DNA of 64,000 nucleotides, taken from NCBI RefSeq assembly GCF_006345805.1, contig NC_043007.1, forward strand, positions 46,500,001-46,564,000, read 5' to 3'. The notes below the pieces were generated by a model. The model saw nothing but the letters and a program-made list of their open reading frames with translations. It had not been told where the DNA came from and did no database searches. A program made the position numbers and the translations under genes. Shown here in pieces: positions 11,787-25,944 of the stretch. How positions within the stretch are numbered: the stretch's first letter is position 1; each line of letters starts with the position of its first letter. The DNA comes from Octopus sinensis (taxonomy: Eukaryota).

Positions 11787-13129
11787 ATCTGCCTGCCTGA
11801 CTGTCTGTCTGTCTTTCTGTCTGTTTGTTCGTCGGCTTGTCTTTATGTCTGTTTATCTGTCTGTTTTTATGTCTTGCTATATACCTATTTTGCATCCATT
11901 ATAGAAAAGTAAGCCACCTTATACCATTTTGCAATTTACTAGCTTTGTATTCCTTGTTTCATTTTATTTTGTTCGTTGTTTTATTTATTTCTTTTAATGT
12001 CTTTTAACTTCCTTTATGGCCTTCCCCAAGAAACGGTATTATCCTGTCTTCTTACTATTGGAAATCGTTGTCCGTCGCACCGAAGACAGATCAGTAAAGC
12101 AGGAGGGGGTATGGAGAAGAGGCGGTGCGCATGCATGGGAAGGAGAATTAGAAGAAACACCAAGGGTGTGGTATCTTCTAAAACTGAAAATTTCCTAACT
12201 TTTGCTAAATATAGTGGTAAGAGAAAGGCTGTAGTTACGAAGGAAGAATAATAGTAAAAGGCTAGAACGGAATTAGAAGGGTTAGTAAAGTAGGTCAAAC
12301 ATTGATTTATGGTAATACGAGAAACTTGTATGATATTTCTGACAATTAGTAATTACGTCAAAGAAGTTATTAAGGAATCAGTCATCTTTTTTACTTTAAT
12401 TACTGAGTGACACACGGCAGGTAAGTTACAGGGGAGCCGGTTTCTGGTGAACGGTATTCCATTATCAATTATAGACCAATAAATATCATAAGCAATACTC
12501 ACAGGTTTGATGTGGTAGAGCTAACTGGCAAAGAAGGATGAACCTTTCTCAGTAATATTTGATGAGCTCGACTGGGTGAAAATTCGATGCCTAAAGTTGA
12601 TCGTTGCACCAAATTATGTCCGTGCGGTGGTAACAGTATATTAATAGACAACAATATAAACGCAGATAATTTCACCGCGAATAGAAATTAATAGGTATGC
12701 TGAAATTGCAAGCCTTCTTATCGCATGTTAGGTCAGTACAGCATTAAGCGCATCAAAATCAGTATAACCAACACAACTGTAAATCTTGTGCTAAGACCAA
12801 TGAATATTCTAGCCATCATTACTAACACTGAAATAGTTGGCATGGTGTAATTGAAATTATAATTATTGTCATCACTCATAGAGTTACCAATATTATTATA
12901 GTTGATGATAATAGTATTCTCGCTATGCATACCATTTCTCATCAATTATCTGAAACTACCATGTAGATTTGATTACGTCATTTATCTGTATGCAACAACT
13001 TACAATGAGTATAGATTCCTTACACCGACTTTTATTCGCCGTTCTTTTCTGATCATAGATTTAGTAGCAAATATAAGATTCCATGTTAACTATATATTTT
13101 TCCAAGAAAAATAATAAAAACTGATATTA

Positions 13130-14650
13130 GAAAAATGTAATAGTCTAAAAGTAAGTTCGTACTTTCTGCTAAAACCTGCACAAAGCCAATAACGATCTAA
13201 TTGATAAAGTGCTACATGATAATCTAACATAGATATAATGACGTTACCGATGAAGATGGATTCCTTGCTAAGTAAAATAAAATTGATGACAGAATGTTTA
13301 GCTAAAAGGGAAGCCTTCCTAACTTTAAAAGATCATAAACTAATTTTAGCAATAAGCCCATCTGTGGAATTTTGCTGACGAAAATGTTAGAAAAAATATT
13401 AATAATAGAATTAGAAAGTGAACTACACTACAGCAATGAACATCATTTATAGATTGGCTTAGGAATATATAAAAGGTAAGCATAGAGCTGCTAGATTCAC
13501 AGAATTTTATATTGAGGAATAAGCGTATAGAACAGCAATATATGTAAGTATTGAGCGCATGAATCTTGACTTTAACAAGGTCTAAATGGTCAATAAGGGT
13601 TCAGCTAGTGTAAAATATTTGAAACAGAAGAAGTGATGTATTGATGAGATTGTATGACAGTGCTGATAATCATCTAGTCGGTTTCATTATATTAGATACA
13701 CTAAGATCTTAATTTCCATCCCTTGGCGTTGCTTCGTATTGTGACAAACATTCAAGTATATCGCGAGATTATATTGTAAATGCACATGATATTAATTTAG
13801 CAATACTCTCATATATACCGTTAGTCAATTAAGAATTAGAATTACTATAACCACTAATCTTTCTTGATTTCTTACATGCTTCTCTAGATTTACCCTTGCG
13901 TTCTTATAAGCCCTATCATAAACCGAAGGAAAAACTCAAGTATACGCTTAAACAGTTTTGTGACCCCTATATTTAAAACAAATTATAGCTATTATCAGCG
14001 ATATGATACCTAATCTTTCCTCATCTAAATGTGGTTCAAATGAAAAGTCATATGACAACCCTATAATAAAAAAAATATGAAACCTTAAAGTAGACCCAAA
14101 AAGACAGTATATGCCTCACCCTTTCTCTGAATATTATGACGGATGTAGACAGAAAATGTTTGGGTGTAGTAGATGAGCATTTCCCAAGTAACCATAAATA
14201 TAGAACAATTTTTAATAGAGTTCAGTGAAGGATTCACACAGCTGTTGCTTCAATAAGAAAAATATTTTACTCACACGTTACACCAAGCGCGCACTCTAAA
14301 TTTTAACTGCCATGGCCTAGAAACATGCTTACCCGAAGAGGCATCCAATCAGCTTAGTGGTTTAAGAAGCAGAATTCACAATATTAGTCCAAAATAATGA
14401 AATTCAAAGGAAAATTGCATGCCAAGGCAATTTTTAAAATAATCATATGCAAACAAGGATTCGTCTGTACGGCAAGGGGATAAGAAGAAGGCCACAATGT
14501 AAGTTGGCCGTACCTGGGATTTGAAGGCCAGCAGCACGCACACACCATCAAATGTTGCATCGTGGAGTAGACTACGGTATACGTTAATGGATTAAAATGC
14601 TGGAAGCTTTGTTTAAGCTAAATATTTCATATTCTATTTAGATGCAAGAA
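13130..14650 (+). mobile_element. Degenerate Penelope-like element (RT and GIY-YIG remnants)
   Basis: Fragments read REAFLTLKDHK.NF.NKPIC and PFS.NIMTDVDRKCLGVVDEHFPSNHKYRTIFNR, which match conserved PLE RT motifs; many stops. Confidence 0.75.
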
Positions 14651-15261
14651 CAACACGGACCCACTAAATTCCAGATTTTTATTTAATCAAATATAGATAA
14701 ATTTGTTTTGTTGAACGAGAGGATGGCCATCTTCCCTGGATAAGACATGCAGGATCACAGACTTTGATTTTCCCCTCAATCAATTACATTATACCAATTC
14801 TGATTCGAACAAAAGGACGTATCACTTGATTTTCTATTTTCGATTTTTTTTTGTCTTGTTCCACTTTTTGCATTCTTGTCATTTTGTATTTTCTCAAAGC
14901 CCAGCATCCTTCATCGATTTTTTTCTAGAGACCATTATCCTTTTTCGTTCTTTTGCAAAAGTGACAGGCCATGGGCTATATTTGAGTTTCATAGATTGCT
15001 TGAAAACACAGGGCATGGTATACAAGCTTGTCAGTTTATTGTATTTTCACAGTATGAAACTAATAGCAGCTACCATGGACACAGCTTTATGTCTGGAAGA
15101 ATAGAAGAAAATAATATATATGTATAGCTATACGGTCATACACCATCAATACATCAGTTTTACTGTTTCAGATCTTTTACTCATGCTGAATCCTTCTTGA
15201 CCATATAGCTCTTGAAAAAGTCAAGATCTATATGGTCAGTACTTACACTTATTGATCGTTA

Positions 15262-15454
15262 GCCACTACACACATTTTTCTCTCCTGTTTTCTCTCTCCT
15301 TGTTTCTCTCCTTTTTTGTCTGTGCCCCTTTCTGTAGAAGAGAGTAGGCTCGAAACGTAAAAGACTTTTTCCATTCCTGAGCGTAATACTAATACATCTG
15401 TTGGTTTTGTACACCACCTGTCTTCGTCTTTTGTTTTTTTTCCTAAACTCTCCC

Positions 15455-15456
<2 letters not shown>
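15262..15456 (+). mobile_element. Solo Penelope pLTR-like segment with variant hammerhead at 15328-15363
   Basis: CTTT CTGTAGA A GAG-A GTAG G-CTC GAAA CG TA AAAG. Downstream ctgagcgtaatactaatac resembles 27400-27420; ends in (TA)n. Confidence 0.7.
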
Positions 15457-15500
<44 letters not shown>

Positions 15501-16382
15501 GACATATATATATATATGAGTGCGTGTGTGTATGTGTGCAAAAGAAGAATTTTGTGTTAGAGAAATTTGCAACCACAATGCCTTGTGACAGAATTTGGCG
15601 AGAAATCTGTGAAAGAAGTTCGTATCACCCGATCAAATCCGCCATTATGCCATTCATTATAACACTTTTCAGTTCATTTGAATATAACGACTGCAATCTC
15701 TGCGATGTGGACCACTTCTTTTAAACCTTCTTATGAATGAATCCTAGGAAAAATGTCAGGTAACTTGACCTTCAGCTTCAAAATAATTTGTTAAGAACAC
15801 TCCTTCAGCAATTCAAGTTTTTCGAATGACAGTATCCGCAAAAATTATGAAACTGAACATCAGCAATATAATTATCTATCAAGATACCAGAGACAAATGG
15901 AAAATTTTGCCGAAGTTGAGTACAAAGCATTGAAACCAAACAGTAGCTAGATCTCTATAATTGACTGTCGTGTGCATTGTATTCCGAATAAAAAGAAACA
16001 CCAGTAAATAATGCCATGCCATGGAGCTATATACAAATAAAATCTGTCATTGCATTCGCAGTAAGCTTTTAAGAAGTTTTGTATTTGCTGACTTTTGAAA
16101 TTCTAAATATATTAAAACAAAATATAAATTTCTAACAAAACATATCGCCACATTTTCATTCTATCAATACTTCTCAACATCTGTTTTTGTACTTTCATAT
16201 TTCTCTTGACAACAACTTTTACATAATATATATTTTCAACCGCAGACATTATATAAATACTCGCATATATGCAAACTCATGTACATCCATGCATATGCAT
16301 ATACACACATAGACATCACACACTCATATATATATATATATTTCTACATGGTTGTGTGTGTGTGTGTAAATAAAAGTAAGTG

Positions 16383-16460
<78 letters not shown>

Positions 16461-17252
16461 TATATATGTATGTATATATATATATATATATATATTTACT
16501 TACTTTTATTACACACACACACACACAACCATGTGCACGGGTAAATCGCCCTTACCTACGAGCGGAGTGAGTATTTTTCTTTCAAGTATAGCAGCATAAT
16601 GAAAATAAATAAATAAATACTTATGAAATGTTACAGAATTTGGAAAGAACGGAATCGTCTTTTCAGTATATCCATATCCAGTATTATAGCATGCTTTCTC
16701 ATATTGGAGCCTGTGCTGAATAAATAGGATCTTACATCCTATTTGCATATAGTAAATTATACTGATGGGTAAATGTGCCTTCGTGTGACGTGGTAGTGCA
16801 GAGTGAATAACATATAATCAAGGACAGATGATGTAGGTGGTCATGATTTATAGCATGTCATCGGAATTTAAAGCAGTTAAGTGTGGCCCGTTGTTCATTT
16901 GTCCATGCCCGCTTTCCTCCAAAATGGGAGAAGAAAGGGAACGATTGGTAATATATCTATCGATCAAAAGATATTTGAAACGTATATTCGGATTTTGATA
17001 GTTTTGGGGCTCAGAGCACAGAGGGCTGGAGCATATTCTCTAAGCAATTACCCCCGACCGCAACTGATTCTATTTCTTTAACAACACAAATAAATACAAA
17101 TATTTATATACTTACTCACTCACCCACTCACTCACTCACTCACTCCCTCACTCATTCACTTACTCAGTTACTCACTCGCTCACTCACTAACTCGCTCGCT
17201 CACTCATTCGCTCACTCATATATATATATATACATACACGCACACACACACA

Positions 17253-17299
<47 letters not shown>

Positions 17300-17300
17300 C

Positions 17301-17401
<101 letters not shown>

Positions 17402-17429
17402 ATATATGATATATATATAGTATTCACTC

Positions 17430-17645
17430 GTTTATTACTGCTATTTTTTATCTTAATGCCTATTCATTGTCCGGAAATCTTTCGTCACATATCTGTGACC
17501 TCTTCAGCGAGACTTTTCATTTCCGTGTGTACTCCTGCTCATACACTCTAAAGCATTACAGACAGAATATATTTCTTTACATTCCCCTTTGTGTCGTCTA
17601 TTCTGGTAAGCTGCTAAGCGCTTTATAAGTGATCGGCCATAACTT
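17430..17645 (-). mobile_element. Penelope-like 3' fragment with hammerhead
   Basis: The minus frame ..LIKRLAAYQNRRHKGECKEIYSVC.. runs into a hammerhead motif. Confidence 0.55.
17469..17513 (-). ncRNA. Minimal type-I hammerhead ribozyme motif
   Basis: Minus strand: GTC(T)CG CTGAAGA G GTCACA GATA TGTGAC GAAA GATT TC CGGAC. The core is canonical, stem II has 6 bp and stem I has one bulge. Confidence 0.75.
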
Positions 17646-17861
17646 CCAACTTCTTCTATATATATGTGCGTGTGTCTGTATGTATATGTTTGTATGTGTA
17701 TTTGCATGTATGTGTGTAGGGGTGTGTGATTGAAATAACGAGCACGGGATTAAAGTTCTCACCTTAATAACACAAAATGAAAATATATTACAAACTATAT
17801 AAATGAGGTAAATCATTTTGAAACTGACTATAAATTCGCCTTCACATTTTCATAGCATATA

Positions 17862-18484
17862 TTCCTTTCTTCTGTAGGCCCAAGGCCTGGAATTTGGAGG
17901 TGGGAGACTAGTTGATGTTACCGATCCCAGTGTGTAACTGGTACTTAATTCATCGACTCCGAAAGAATAAAAGGCAAAGCCGACCTCAACGGAATACGAA
18001 CTCAGAACGTAGTGACAAACGAAATACCGTTAAGCATTTTTCCCGGCGTGCTAACAATTCTCTAATACTTCTTTCTACTGTAGGCACAAGGCCTGAAATT
18101 TAGGGGAAGGGATCAAGTTGATTACATCGACCCTAGAGCGCAACTGGTATGTATTTAATCGACCCCGAAAAGATAAAATGCAAAGTCGACCTCGGCGGAA
18201 TTTGACCTCAGAACATAGCGACAGACGAAATACCTCGCCGCCTTCAAACGATTGTCTAATAATCCTTTCTACTGAAGGCACAAGACCTGAAATTCGGGGA
18301 AGGGGACAGACGATTTCATCGACACCAGTATTTCATTGGTACTTAATTTATCGTCGCCCGAAAAGATGAAAGGCCTAGTCAACCTCGGCGGAAGTCAACC
18401 TAGTCAAACTCAGAACATGAAGACAGACAAAATACTGCTAAGCATTTCGCCTGGCGTGCTAGCGATTCTGCTAACTCGCCGCAT
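17862..18484 (-). mobile_element. Three head-to-tail copies of SINE family B
   Basis: Units at about 17862-18062, 18068-18243 and 18262-18484, each with ttctactg..aggc.caag.cctgaaatt..gtcgacctcggcggaa..aactcagaac. Confidence 0.85.
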
Positions 18485-18649
18485 TTAAACGATTCTCTGA
18501 TAATGACAGCACAAGTGTACAACTTATATTCCATTATAAAAATGAAATATAATTACGAGATTCTTCACGAAATGTCTTAACAACACGTCCGTGCGTGATA
18601 CTATAACTATCTGAGAACTAAACAAATCAGCATTTATATGTGGTTTAAG

Positions 18650-19300
18650 GCACTAATGAATAACACAGATGCAAGTTTAACATAACTGAAGCTTCGGTTG
18701 TCCGTTCTTTAATAATTGCTAATAATTAGCGTTATTGGGAGGCCCTGCACTTTGTCAGATGCTGCAAATTATTGCATATGACAAAAAAATCATGTCATTA
18801 TGCTTTAATAGGGAGCTTCATTAAGGACATATTTCACATGCAATTAAAAATTACTTTTCTTTGTATGTTTGTGCTGTTTTTGTATTTAGTTGAGGTATAC
18901 TTACGCTATTTTCGTTGTTCTTCACTTGGTAATATATTTATTATAGGTGCTATTTTGAGGTGGGAATATTGTTTGTGTTCTTGTTATTTTTATTCGTGTT
19001 CGAGGAAAGGTCTTTCACCTGTTTGCGAGGTTATAATTATGAGATGATTTGACTGTGGTTTCTTACACACCGACTGACAGCATCGACATTTTTCACTTAA
19101 TAAATGATATCAATTATAATAATAACCATCTTGCTACCATAATTTCAAACAATGAAGATAATTGTATGTAGAAATAATTTTAAATGGTTGGATAGCATTT
19201 CTGCCATTTATTGTAAATCAAACTAATTTCGTATTATGGAAGAGCAAATCATAAAATACTTCAAGAACAGTACAAATTCGGCCAAAATATTAATAAGAGT
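18650..19300 (-). mobile_element. Possible degenerate Penelope-like fragment
   Basis: Faint minus-strand SNH and TVK.S motifs like those in 13130-14650. Confidence 0.35.
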
Positions 19301-19472
19301 ATAAATTTGATTCTCAATTTTTTAATAATGTATTTAAAGCACCCGCAATTGTGTAAATTTGCACAAATGTAAATTTGCACAAAATTTGCACAAAACTTTG
19401 CTCGTATTCATCAACGATTTACAACACTTCATGAGGTTCTAAGCAAATTATTTGTTAATTAGTATTATATAT

Positions 19473-19660
19473 AAGGCAACGGGCTGGCAGAATCGTAAGT
19501 ATGCTTGTGAAATGCTTAGCAGCATTCCGTCCATATTTATGTTCTGAGTTCAAATTCCGCCGAGGTTGAAACTGCTTATCATTCTTCCGGGTTCCCTAAA
19601 TTAAGTACTGATTAATCATTAGAGGTCGATGTGATCGACTTTCGCCATTCCCTTCTGCTA
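19473..19660 (+). mobile_element. SINE family B
   Basis: aaggcaacgggctggcagaatcg..ctgagttcaaattccgccgagg (B-box-like GAGTTCAAAT). Confidence 0.8.
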
Positions 19661-22059
19661 AAATATGAAACTAATAAAAGTTATATAAAGTTTTTCATCG
19701 TGATCGCTTGGAAATTCTTCCACATTGTGGATATATCTAGGCATGCGCTACTTTTTGAAAACTTTGAATTGTTAGAACACGATCTGATTATATATTTCAT
19801 ATATGTTGTTTTTTATTACTCTTGCGGCGTAGATTATATTACAAAATTATTCAGTCATACAAGTAAAGTTCATTATGGAAATTTATTACTTCGTTTTTTC
19901 CTTGTTTGTTTTTCTTCTACATGATATTGCTACTGCTTGTTGCACAATCTTTAAAATATTGTTTCTCATTATTGCTGCTACAGGAATCATTTGTTTACAG
20001 CTTTTAGATGTTGCAAAAGCTATATAACCTAAATAGAAGAGCTGGCAGTAAAAACAGAAGGATGAAGAAAATAAAAAGAAGGGAAATTGAATCTATGAAT
20101 AACAAGTCCATACAACTTAACTAAACGTTTGAATCTCAGCTTCAACAGACATAACATGAAATACGGTTAGGTACTGGTTTGCTTGACATGATGATGAATT
20201 TATCATAAGGCTGAAAACAATAAACTGCAATAAATATTTTCCCATTGTTTCTTTTATTTTTCGGTCAGGTGACTTAGCATGCTTCTGAAGAGCAGTAAAT
20301 TCGTATGGTGGTATGTTGTAGCTGACCAGGAATACATAGGAGCATAGCCGAAAAACATGTAAAAATCATGACACGCGTTGACAAAATTTATCAGTATAAT
20401 GACGTGGAAGATGATACCGATAGCGTAAACCAAAGTCAACTGGTCGCCCTTCCTCCTTTAAATTGGGATTCACTTCACTCCTAAAATGCTTATATTTAGA
20501 ATTAAAATCAGCGATATAGAGAAGACAAGAGAGTGGATCAAGTCTTATCTGATAAAAGACGAAAATATATAACAGAGTATGCGTTACAGCTGTATTCTTC
20601 GTTAAAAAAAAACACATTTTATATTTTGATTTCAAGTGAGAGATACTTTTCCGTCACACTACCATCTCAATTCGCATCTATACAAATAGAGATAACCAAG
20701 GTAACTGATTTAGCAAGATGTTAACATAGGATATAAGCTTGTCTTCGTATGCTTTTATTGGATTTTGTATGATGTTTAAAGCTATGGAAAGCCGTTCTTT
20801 AGTCTTAATGTACTATTCGTTGGTAACTGAAAAGAAATCCTTCCAGTTTTTGATGATGGCACAATAGCATATATTTCGGAGGCGACACGAAAAGATAATA
20901 CCTCGCAAAGCGTATGAAATCAATGATTTTAATAAACAATCTACGTGTTCGTACAGTGGATAGTTTTGTTAAAAAAGGAATTTCCAAAGTAGTTTCTAGA
21001 TACTCGAAACACTAACATTCGTAAAACAAAGAATAAATGTTGTCAAAACTTTTCTACCTGACATTTGCCCTGCATATGGTAATCAGTCTTAACGATTTGA
21101 CATATGTGAATGTTTATCTGGCTTGGCTTAAAAACGGAGCCCTCATTACTCCAACAAACGATACGCACAGAGAAAGAAGTAATTCCTTTTCATCAGATTT
21201 TCTAGTGACTTATGGAGGACAGTATCTATAGAAACATTTATAAGAGCGACTGTATAGTTGATAAATAAACACAACACTTCAAGCTTTTCGTGGTATTCTC
21301 ACAAACTAAAGCCAGGGATCTGTACCTTTCTTTTAAGCAGTTTAGATCAGGTAAATACATATTTCAGTGGTGTACGCCACATCACAATTAGCTTGCATAG
21401 CAATTTGTTTCAATTTGATTTGACTTTGGAGACAATGCTGGAGCCAAGCTGCTGATGCTAAATGTCTTGTGTATCGCAAATGACAGTGTAAGCTTTCATG
21501 TTTACTTGAATTCTACTTTCAAAGCAACCTTTATATTCACATCCAAATTGCAGATATCCAAAATGCTGAATAGATATTTTGAGACATCTGCCGATTCTTT
21601 GTTTTATTTCCTCCACAGAAGAGTGACATCAATCGCATTTGTTGTTACAACTTGAAAGTTTAAAATGTTCATTGTCTATCTTTTTGTTTTTTGTTAGGTA
21701 CTTTGGATATCTTCTACATTTTGATTGAAAAGCATGGCCTTCGAGTTTTGATGTAATGTAAAGTTCATGAGGTTACACGTTGATGTAGTCATCCTCTTCA
21801 AGTTTATGGGAAATATACTCATGCCTAAAAGTTTTGAGATATGTAGAGTGGTTCTTATTTTCCAGCTTTTGTTGAGATATAGAAGCCTTTATTTCGCGGT
21901 ATAAACAGGATTTTAGAAGGAATATAAACAAATTAATTATATCAGCGCCTATGTTTTACTGGTACTCAATTGTCTTAACAAGAACAAGAACAACAAAAAC
22001 AACAATAATAATGATAATAATTGTATCCTCAGTGGATATAGCTACTATCCACTTCACAC

Positions 22060-24060
22060 CAGACACTATCAAAAATATGGATAAGAAACTGGAAAGCAGC
22101 CGGACCTGATGGTGTACAGTGAATTTGGATAATAAAGTTCAGTAGTTGACATAAATTGATCGTAGAGCAACTTACTGCATTGTTCAATGGGGAAGAAGAA
22201 TTCCTGGGCTGGTTGATAAAAGGACGAACGGTGTTGTGCCTGATAGTTACAGGCCGATTTCCTACCTACCATTAATGTTGAAGTTACTGTAAGGAGGAAT
22301 TGCAGAAGAACTGCATAAATTCCTTGATGAGAAGGATATAATATTGCTGGAACGAAAAAGGCTGTAGGAGGAGACCAACTATCGATAGACAAAATGATAA
22401 TGCAAGATTGTAAACAAAGGAGAACAAATCTGGCAATGGTCTGGATTGACTATTGCAAAGCTTATGATATGATTCCTCATTTGTGGACGTCGAATGCTTA
22501 GATCTGTTTGGAATTGTGAGGAATATAACATGTTTCCTAAAAAGAAGTATGGTGGGATGGAAAACTGAACTGACATCTTACGGAAAAAGCTTGGGCACCC
22601 TGGGTGTAAAAAGAGGGATTTTCTTGGGTGATAGCTTATCTCCGTTGCACTTTGTTCTCTTCATGATACCAGCTAAAGGAAAGATGCAAAATAATCAACC
22701 ACCTACATTTCATGGATGATTTGAAAATATATGGGCAAGATGAGACACAAGCAAGTTCCTTGGTGGACACGGTCCACTATTTTATTACTGATATTAAAAT
22801 GAAATTTTGACTCAAGAAATATAGAATAATCCACATAACATGGGGTAATGTGCAGTCCCTAATAGGGATAGAATTACCGAAAAGAGTTCTGATTAAACAA
22901 ACTGAAATGGAAGGATACAAATGCCTCGATGTACAAGAGTTCAACGAGATAATGGAAAAGGAAATGATAGAGCAACTGAGGATGCAGTATTTCCGAAGGC
23001 TGAGGTCTTTGCTGCGCTCAAAATTGACTGGATGGAATAAAATCCAAGCGGTTAATACGTGCGCGATAGCACCACATCGGTATGGAGCCAAATAGGGAAG
23101 TGAAGAAAATGGCCAAAGAGGGAAGTGAAGAAAATGGCCAAAGAGAGAAATGAAGAAAATGGATAACAAGACCAGAAAAATGTTAACAGTACACGGAGCG
23201 TTCCACCTTAAATGTGAAACCGATAGGCTGTACTTGTCCAGACGAAAGGATGAGAGAGGTTTACTGAGTTACCGCCGTGAAGCCATTGTTGAAACACACG
23301 AAGAAGACCGGCAACATCAACACTGAAAATTGTGTAACTGAAGAAAAATTTAAACAGGTGAACAAAAACAAAGTGCATGGTAGCAAAGAAAAAGGTACGG
23401 TTAGTTTGCAAGAGATGTGAACGCGAAGACAGATATACAGGACCGGTGGTTATGCATAAGGACGAGTGACCTGATGATAGAGAGAAAAGCACTCATATGC
23501 GCAGCTCAGGAACAAGCGTTAAGGACCAACTATATGAACTGCAGAATAGACAAAACTACAGATAGCGACAAATGCAGAATGTCATGAGAAGGGTTGAACG
23601 GTATGGCCCATCGTTAGCGAATGCTCGAAATGGGCACACTGCGTATAGAAAACACAATATCGTAAGAATAATCCATTAGGATTTCTGTGGAAACCACAAC
23701 CTACTATGAGCAAAGACGTGGTATGCCGAAAATCCAGGAGTCACCGAAAATGAGATTTGCAAAACGCTGTGGGACGCAATGATCCAGTGCGATCACTGAC
23801 TAGATATCGGAAACCAGATATTGTTGTGATAAATAAAAAAAGAAAGAACATATATGATAATATATGATACAGGATCAAAGTGACAGAAGAATAAAAAAGG
23901 AAGAACTATGACGATTTGAAGCGGGAAATACAAAGGTTGTTGGTTAATGACGAGAGTAGACGTGATACCAAGAGTAATTGGTGCACTAAGAAGTATCAGC
24001 ACTCAAGTAACAAAATGGCTGGAAAAGTTTGGTGCGAGTGTGAAGGCAGAACACCTACAA
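22060..24060 (+). mobile_element. Degenerate R4/Dong-type RLE non-LTR retrotransposon
   Basis: Fragments read AMVWIDY.KAYDMIPH, RGIFLGDSLSPL, FMDDLK.Y, LRSKLTGWNKIQAVNTCA, and KPDIVV..VIP.VIGAL. Homologous to 41198-43544 and preceded by (AAC/AAT) repeats. Confidence 0.85.
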
Positions 24061-24109
24061 AAACCAGTATTGCTTGGAATTGCCAGAAAACAAGTGTCAC
24101 ATTATTTAC

Positions 24110-24420
24110 ATTATTTCCATTTGACGGATATTTGTCCCCATCTTGTTTGTTTTGTAACACAACGTCTCCGCTCATACACTCTGCAGCCTTCATCTCCCAA
24201 AAGATACAAAAGATATGAGACCCATATGACATCAGGGCACTATTCAAGAGCAATACAACACTTCGCAAATATCTCCTTCGAGTAAAACCACCAATAGAAG
24301 AGAATATGAGCAAAGACTGTGTGTACTCTATCCCATGCAGCTGTGGTAGGTCATAGAAAAAACGAAATATGCCGTCCCCTAAAAATAAGGGTGCAAAGAA
24401 ACGAAACCATTCTACATGCA
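24110..24420 (+). mobile_element. Penelope GIY-YIG fragment
   Basis: LRKYLLRVKPPIEENMSKDCVYSIPCSCGRS..E..RPLKIR. Confidence 0.75.
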
Positions 24421-25159
24421 CTAATGCAGCGTCTGAGTATTGCTGACTTGTAGAGTTATATCAAACAGACATTATCCCGTGTGGGACGAATCCAACTGTT
24501 AGCTGAATTCATTGTGAGAATAGCCTCACCGCCCACATTTAACATGGCAGGACAGGCGGTGTCCCTCTGTCTAGTGGTTATGGCCAAAGTGATTGTCTGC
24601 TGGAGTAGCTGAAAGATCAAGTTCTCATCGATCAAGCTCTCATCAACTTCCTTAAATTCCAATTGGAAAGGAAAGTGAGGGTGGATATAGAAGTGCTACC
24701 TTCCAGTAACTTTGTGAAAAGATGGGTGACTGGCAGAAAAGGTTAGAGTGAATGGCCCAGCTCTAAGTATGTACCTGTCGATGGAGCGCAGGTGAGAGGG
24801 CTCGTAACTTTTAGTGGTCAGGTAATCTTGAGGTTCTGATACTCCATGCTTGGCCTTGGAGTTTCTCTTGTATCAGGAAGACTGCCCAATTCGTGATACA
24901 ACATACTCTGTTTACCATGAGTATTTTTAGGGCTTTTCACAGTATTTTCCATTTCCTTCTACCCGTTATTTATGTAAATTGTTTTCGGTTCTGTGTGATG
25001 TCTTCCTCATCCATGACCTCATCCCTATAGCTAGTGAAAGAAATTATCATCATTATTATTTTGGTTTGGCCTAGGTTCGGTCTTATTCCTGGTAGGATTT
25101 AAGGGGCAGCGGGATACTCCCTCTAACCTTAATGGATAAAATGCTATCCAACAAATTTT

Positions 25160-25860
25160 CAGCTGTCTTTCAAGTGCTTAGAAAACCCTCCTGATAATCC
25201 TTGTTGTCCCTAAGCGACACACTTTCTATAAGAGATCTTCCGGTCATTCTATTTCAATCCCCATCAGCCATTTGTCTGTATCTTTCCATACTGTTCCCAA
25301 CGCACCAATTATTATAGGCACGACTTTTACTGTCCTCACGCTCCAAATTCTTCGTCTTCAAATTTTAGCAGATTGGGGATTTTTTGTTTACTTCCTCTTT
25401 CTTTACGATCTTGGAATCAAACCGGCATGATAGCTTGATGCCAAACAAGTTTCAATTATATTCTACCTTCTTGTCCATTTGAATATTGGAGTCCCACGAA
25501 ATCATACATTTCTCCAAATCCAGTACTCTTTCGACTAGGTGCTTTTACCATGTTTTCCAACTTCAAATACTCGTTTCTGGTACGGTTTCCAGTCTAAAAC
25601 ATTTACGACCTGGACCTGCCTCTATTTTTAATATTGTCCCTGTGCCAAATTGGGGCATTCTGTCACAGTGTGCACCACTGTCTCACTCCAAGTTACACAG
25701 GCTTTACATTTTTCTCACACATTCTCTCCATATGTATTTTTTCAAGTTGTTTGCTTTTATCGCTTGATCTAGGCTGCAACAATTAGGCTCCCAGTTCCTT
25801 TTTCTTTTTTAATGGATCCTTTATTTTTAACAAAGCCCTGGATTTTGTACTACATACACT
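25160..25860 (-). mobile_element. R4/Dong-type LINE 3' fragment
   Basis: The minus strand encodes ETVVHTVTECPNL, ISWDSNIQMD, and VKVVPIIIGALGTV. Confidence 0.8.
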
Positions 25861-25944
25861 TTCAGTAGCTTTCCAACATTGGCCATGTGGGGGTTTATAT
25901 TCAAATTATTATTATTATTACATATACATATACAGATATATATA

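Noticed and set aside
19840-21990. Several short ORFs in unique-looking sequence
   Set aside because: No coherent frame, splice pattern or family motif that I can support; left unannotated.
23095-23165. Three ~25-nt direct repeats
   Set aside because: Local slippage inside a dead LINE. There are no unique spacers, so it is not CRISPR-like, and the context is eukaryotic.
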